Shown here in pieces: positions 9,688 through 13,833 of a stretch of DNA of 13,833 nt. A program made the translations under genes and the position numbers. The stretch comes from Octopus sinensis (Eukaryota). Position 1 is the first letter of the stretch, and the number at the start of each line of letters is the position of its first letter. The notes beneath the pieces were generated by a model. It saw only the letters and a program-made list of their open reading frames with translations, was not told the DNA's origin and did not search any database. Location: assembly GCF_006345805.1 (NCBI RefSeq), contig NW_021826166.1, forward strand, positions 1-13,833. The letters are read 5' to 3'.

Positions 9688-9726
<39 letters not shown>

Positions 9727-9926
9727 CCTTTCTACTTTAGGCACAATGTCTGGAGTTTATGGGGAAGTGGAATACATCAACAACCAATAATTGGCTAGTT
9801 CTTATTTTATCGATCTCGAAAGGATGAAAGTCGACGTCGTCGGAATGTGAACTCAGAACGTAGCGGCAGTCGAAATAATGCTAAGCATTTTGCCCGGCGC
9901 GCTAATGGTTCTGCCAGCTCGGCGCC
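8545..9926 (-). repeat. Tandem array of four near-identical family B SINEs (8545-8744, 8958-9152, 9373-9572, 9727-9926) separated by (AAT)n tracts
   Basis: Copies 3 and 4 are identical (200 bp). Copy 1 differs by 2 substitutions (8565, 8612). Copy 2 has five 1-nt homopolymer deletions. Spacers are 213, 220 and 154 bp, giving periods of 413, 415 and 354. Confidence 0.95.
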
Positions 9927-9962
<36 letters not shown>

Positions 9963-9980
9963 TAAAAAAATTATAATAAT

Positions 9981-10162
9981 GGTTTCAAATTTTGCCGCAA
10001 GAGCAGCCATTTTGAGAGAGGGGACTAGTCAACTACATCGGCCCCAGTGCATAACTGGTACTTATTTTATCGACCCCGAAAGAATGATAGGCAAAGTCGG
10101 CCTCTGCGGAATTTGAACTCAGAACGTAACGGCAGACGAAAAACCGCTAGGCATTTCGTCGG
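9981..10162 (-). mobile_element. Family B SINE (variant 3' end), missing about 30 nt of its head, fused to a LINE fragment
   Basis: The body is homologous to the other B copies and the B box GAGTTCAAATTCC is intact. It stops at ggcatttcgtcgg, where the array copies continue for about 30 nt. Confidence 0.9.
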
Positions 10163-11520
10163 TCGGAGAGTCTGGTCTCAACGCCAGCCACGACATCTAA
10201 ATTTAGTGATCTGAGGTCATTAAGTAGGGGTCTCTGTTTCCTAGGCGACCTCAGGCCACATACATTTATACTACCTATTCTGAGCAGGGCCCTGTTGGAC
10301 GATGATATAGACGAAGAAGAGGAGAGAGCTATTTGCTGCAGTTTTGTTAGGAAGGGGGATAAGTTTTCTGTCCCTAGTTAGATGTGAGCGTTTTCACAAG
10401 CAAGTCTTTGTAAAGTCCATTGTGAGTAATTTTTGTAAATTTTCCTCTGCCATCAGGGTATTTGTTTTTTAACGTTATATATTTTGTGTTATTTGTATGA
10501 TTTTTATGTATGTGTGTAGGTTGCCGGTGTGATGGAAAATTGCTGTGAGTGATGTCTGTATGGCTGCGCATGTACTCTATTAGTACTTTGTTGGTCGTGT
10601 TTATGGCAGTGAGGTTTAGTGTTTGTGCGTGTTAGGATTTGTGATCAAACTATTGTACAAGTGAATAAAGCTGTGCTTGTAGTGGTGATGTCTGCGATAG
10701 AAATGGTGGTTTTGATAATGATGGTGATGACGACGACAATGTTAGTGCAGCTGCGATTGAGGGTAGTGTCTGAACATTGTTGCCCAAAGACATCTCAATT
10801 TGTCCGGATCTGCCAGTTTTGTGCCAGTGTGATTTTGTTCCTCTTTCTTTTCTGGGCTTTGGTGATAATTCGCCATTTAAGATCCTCTCCATCTCCTTCG
10901 TTATAGGACATATCTCGTATCTGAATAGTCCGAAGCGGACGGCCATGTATTGGTGAGGGATTTGGTGTTTTGTTGAAGTAAATGTTGTTGTTGTTTCGGG
11001 GGGGTTTCTGATGCTGTTGTTGTTGTTGGTGGTAGTGGTGGTAGTAGTGTTGCTGCTGCAGATACTGCAGTAATTGTTGTTGTTGCTGTTTTCGTAGCTG
11101 TTAAGTTTCACTTCCGTTGTTGGCGATGTGACTTCCTGCCTCTGTTGGTGCTCTTGCTGATGGTTGTTCCAATACTTTTGTATAGAACTGTGGACAAATT
11201 ACGTTCTTGTTGCAAAGATCTACGGACATTCCGTTCCACATTTCGCTCACATTTCTCCAACGTATATTTTGTACTTTTAAATTCACTTTTATTTATAAAA
11301 AATTTCTGCACGCATTAATTGTCTGACGCCGGTGAAACTGCTCACAGCAGATTTGCATGCTTCGTTTTAATTGTTCTTGCGGTTTTCGTTAATGATGTTG
11401 GTGGTGGTGGTGGTGGTGGGGGTATGCTATTGCAACTGGTGTACTGTTGCCAGTGGTGGTGCTGGTGGTGGTGTAGGTGGCCGTGTTCTCCTTAGGGCTT
11501 TTGTTACCTTTTGCTGTCAT
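10163..11520 (-). mobile_element. Decayed 5' portion of an L1/Tx1-like LINE (ORF1-like region plus start of ORF2)
   Basis: An APE N-terminus lies at 10165-10287. Upstream is a stop- and frameshift-riddled Pro/Thr/Gln-rich region with the basic patch EDLKWRIITKAQKRKRNK (about 10834-10911) and a possible start MTAKGNKSPK at 11520. The upstream boundary and clade are inferred. Confidence 0.65.
10165..10287 (-). pseudogene. N-terminal 41 codons of a LINE ORF2 apurinic-like endonuclease (EEP fold)
   Basis: My translation is LLRIGSINVCGLRSPRKQRPLLNDLRSLNLDVVAGVETRLS. It shows the motif I S-x-N-V-x-G-L and motif II D-V-V-x-x-x-E-T of non-LTR APE domains. It is not in the supplied ORF track. Confidence 0.85.
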
Positions 11521-12339
11521 TGATCTCCTTTGTTCTCTGTTCTAAACTTTTTTTTGCGGCCAAGCATCACTTTCATACATTTCTAGTGTTGTGTGTGTTG
11601 TTGTTGTTGCTGCTGTGTCATGAACTTTCAATATTTTGTTTTTCTGTTCTGCACATAACTGGCTATTTTTTTCAGCGGCTGAACAATCCTAACCGCTATC
11701 TCTCAATATTTTTTTTTTAAATGAGGGTTGTGTTTGCTGAGCAAATCCTAATCCAGCCTCTAAAGGCTACAGATGGAGAAAAACCAATCAGCTCTCTAAC
11801 ATCCCGGGTAGCTTATCGATATAACGATAACAGATGTTCAATATATAACTTTGTTTAACAATATAAATGACGTCAAACTTATGGGAGCGATGTGCAATAC
11901 ATATCGTTAGACGAACAACAACAATAATAATAATATAATGAAAATGGGTAGCAATAACATTAACAACACCAGCAAGAATTAGTAACAACAACAAAACTAA
12001 TAAAAACATCAACGTTGCAACTCGAAATGTAATTGGTAGATAATGAAAAAAAAAAGAGAAAAATGATAACGAAAACAGCTATAAAAAATATAAAATATGA
12101 TGCTTGCAATAACAGTAATTGACAGCTAATTAACTATACAATTAACAGTAATCAGTAAATAAGTAGAGAATTAACGTTAGTAAGTAAAAATATGTGAATA
12201 CAATTAACAGTTATAATTGGTTGCACAGTTATGTAATTAATGGAACAATTACAGTATACAATTAACAACAACGATAACAATTAAATGTAATTATAATTAA
12301 GTGTACAAAGGATCAACAAAATTCCACTCTTACAAGTAG

Positions 12340-12632
12340 TTTACCTGTTCTCACCTGTCATAATATTGTAATTGTAAATAATATGCTACAGAGAACATCC
12401 GGACCGATTCTGGTTTTGTTAGGTTGTTTGGAATATTTTTTTATAAGAAAGGAGAAGAAAGTGTAGGATGAATACTCCCCACCCCCATACGTTGCTGATA
12501 CTATTTCGGTATGGGTGAATGGCAAACGAGGTACTAACAATGGGATTAGAACTGAGAGTTTTGTATAATGGAATTTAATCAGTTTCATCATATAGTTTGA
12601 GACCAATAGAACAGCTTAGTGGTTGCCCTTCT
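12340..12632 (+). mobile_element. Possible decayed 3' end of a non-LTR retroelement, ending at an (AAT)n tail
   Basis: Complex sequence switches abruptly to (AAT)n after gttgcccttctg. Broken-frame peptides (CNCK..TENI / FWFC*VVWN) faintly resemble the C-terminal Cys/His domain of L1-type ORF2. Weak. Confidence 0.25.
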
Positions 12633-12667
12633 GAATAATAATAATAATAATAATGATAATAATAATA

Positions 12668-12707
<40 letters not shown>

Positions 12708-12857
12708 AATAATAAAGATAGTAACAACAACAACAATAATAATAATAATAATAATGATAATAATAATAATAATAATAATAATACGATAGTAACAACAACA
12801 ACAACAATAATAATAATAATGATAATAATAATGATAATAATAATAATAATATAATGA

Positions 12858-12889
<32 letters not shown>

Positions 12890-12921
12890 TAATAATAATA
12901 TTCATAATAATAATAATAATT
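12633..12921. repeat. (AAT)n tract with AAC/GAT interruptions and an internal duplication of about 68 bp
   Basis: gatagtaacaacaacaac occurs at about 12717 and about 12785. Confidence 0.9.
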
Positions 12922-12949
12922 AGACATGCATGGACGTCTTTATAATACA

Positions 12950-12975
12950 CTAATACATATACATGTATATATAAT

Positions 12976-13006
<31 letters not shown>

Positions 13007-13149
13007 TATAATATATATTATATATTATATATATATATACATTTTTGTACGTGTGTATGCATATAAGATATATACATATATGTATGTCTGCATATATATA
13101 TATATTCATATGATAAAATATACATAAACATATAATATATACATAATAT

Positions 13150-13186
<37 letters not shown>

Positions 13187-13285
13187 TATATATATACATA
13201 CATACATAAAATATACATAATATAGATATATTATATATAATATATATATTAATATATATATATGTATTATATATACATATATCAC
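12950..13285. repeat. (CA)n/(TA)n compound microsatellite
   Basis: Directly visible. Confidence 0.95.
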
Positions 13286-13408
13286 TTGATTTATGGAACT
13301 TAATGAATATGATGATGATGATGATAATGACGGTAATAATGGCACAGAATGGTGATGACAATAGTGGTAACTATACGACAACGATGACGACGATGACGAT
13401 GATGATGA

Positions 13409-13613
13409 TATAGGCACAGGGCCTCAAATTTGGGACAGGGACTAAGTCGGTTACATCAACCCCAGTGCGTAACTGGTACTTCTTTATTCGACCCCGAAAG
13501 GATGAAAGGCAAAGTGGACCTCGGGTGAATTTGAACTCAGAACGTAGCGGCAGGCGAAATATCGCTAAGCTTCATGCTCAGCGTGCCAACGGTTCTGACT
13601 GCTCATCGCATTA
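13409..13613 (-). mobile_element. Near-full-length family B SINE
   Basis: tataggcacagggcctcaaattt...aactggtacttc...gaaaggatgaaaggcaaagt...gaatttgaactcagaacgtagcggc...gctcatcgcatta. Its tail has decayed to (GAT/GAC)n. Confidence 0.9.
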
Positions 13614-13833
13614 GTAATAATAATAATAATAATAATCATAATAATAATAATAATAATAAAAAATAATAATATTAATAATATAATAATAATAATAATATAA
13701 TAATAATAATATAATAATAATAATAATAAAATTTTGGTTCAAGACCAATAATTTGAGGGAAGGTAAGTAGATTACATCGCTCCAAGTACATAACTGGTGC
13801 TTAATTTAAAGACCCCGAATAAAGATGAAAGAC
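13614..13833 (-). mobile_element. (AAT)n tail plus the 3' half of a further family B SINE, running off the right edge
   Basis: aattttggttcaagacc...gattacatcg...taactggtgcttaattt..gaccccgaa..gatgaaag starts at 13729. Confidence 0.8.

Noticed and set aside
8545-9926. CRISPR-like repeat/spacer look of the array
   Set aside because: The repeats are 200-bp SINEs, the spacers are homologous (AAT)n tracts rather than unique sequence, there are no cas genes and the context is eukaryotic.
11180-11260. Gag-like CCHC zinc knuckle in the LINE ORF1 region
   Set aside because: DLCNKNVICPQ lacks the His and the C-X2-C-X4-H-X4-C spacing.
11775-11880. CCAAT, TATAAAT and TGACGTCA (CRE) motifs as a promoter
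   Set aside because: These short motifs are expected by chance in AT-rich DNA, their order is not canonical, and there is no linked gene.
496-13417. Most supplied ORFs (poly-YI, CV, HT, I, N, L, Y)
   Set aside because: They are translations of stop-free microsatellite phases.
2036-13613. tRNA genes at the A/B-box-like motifs
   Set aside because: Each continues into a SINE body and lacks a complete cloverleaf and a downstream T-run.

Overview
Eukaryotic, AT-rich, microsatellite-dense DNA, most likely from an octopus or other coleoid cephalopod. This is inferred from the repeat families and the (TA)n/(CA)n/(TAGA)n/(AAT)n load, not from a gene. Nearly all supplied ORFs are translations of microsatellites. 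Supportable content: (i) about 17 copies or fragments of tRNA-derived SINEs in 3-4 families, labelled A-D here as my own names; (ii) a four-copy tandem array of one SINE plus its (AAT)n tract at 8545-9926; (iii) a 380-bp non-autonomous Helitron; (iv) a 229-bp long-arm palindrome/MITE; (v) the 5' part of an L1/Tx1-like LINE with a recognisable AP-endonuclease start, fused to a 5'-truncated SINE; (vi) a few coding-like islands that may be minus-strand exons of an unrecognised gene (low confidence). I found no CRISPR array, true tRNA/rRNA gene or recognisable host gene. I cannot claim a new biological system. The best leads are the SINE-(AAT)n array and chains, the LINE-SINE fusion and the composite SINE with a variable microsatellite slot.
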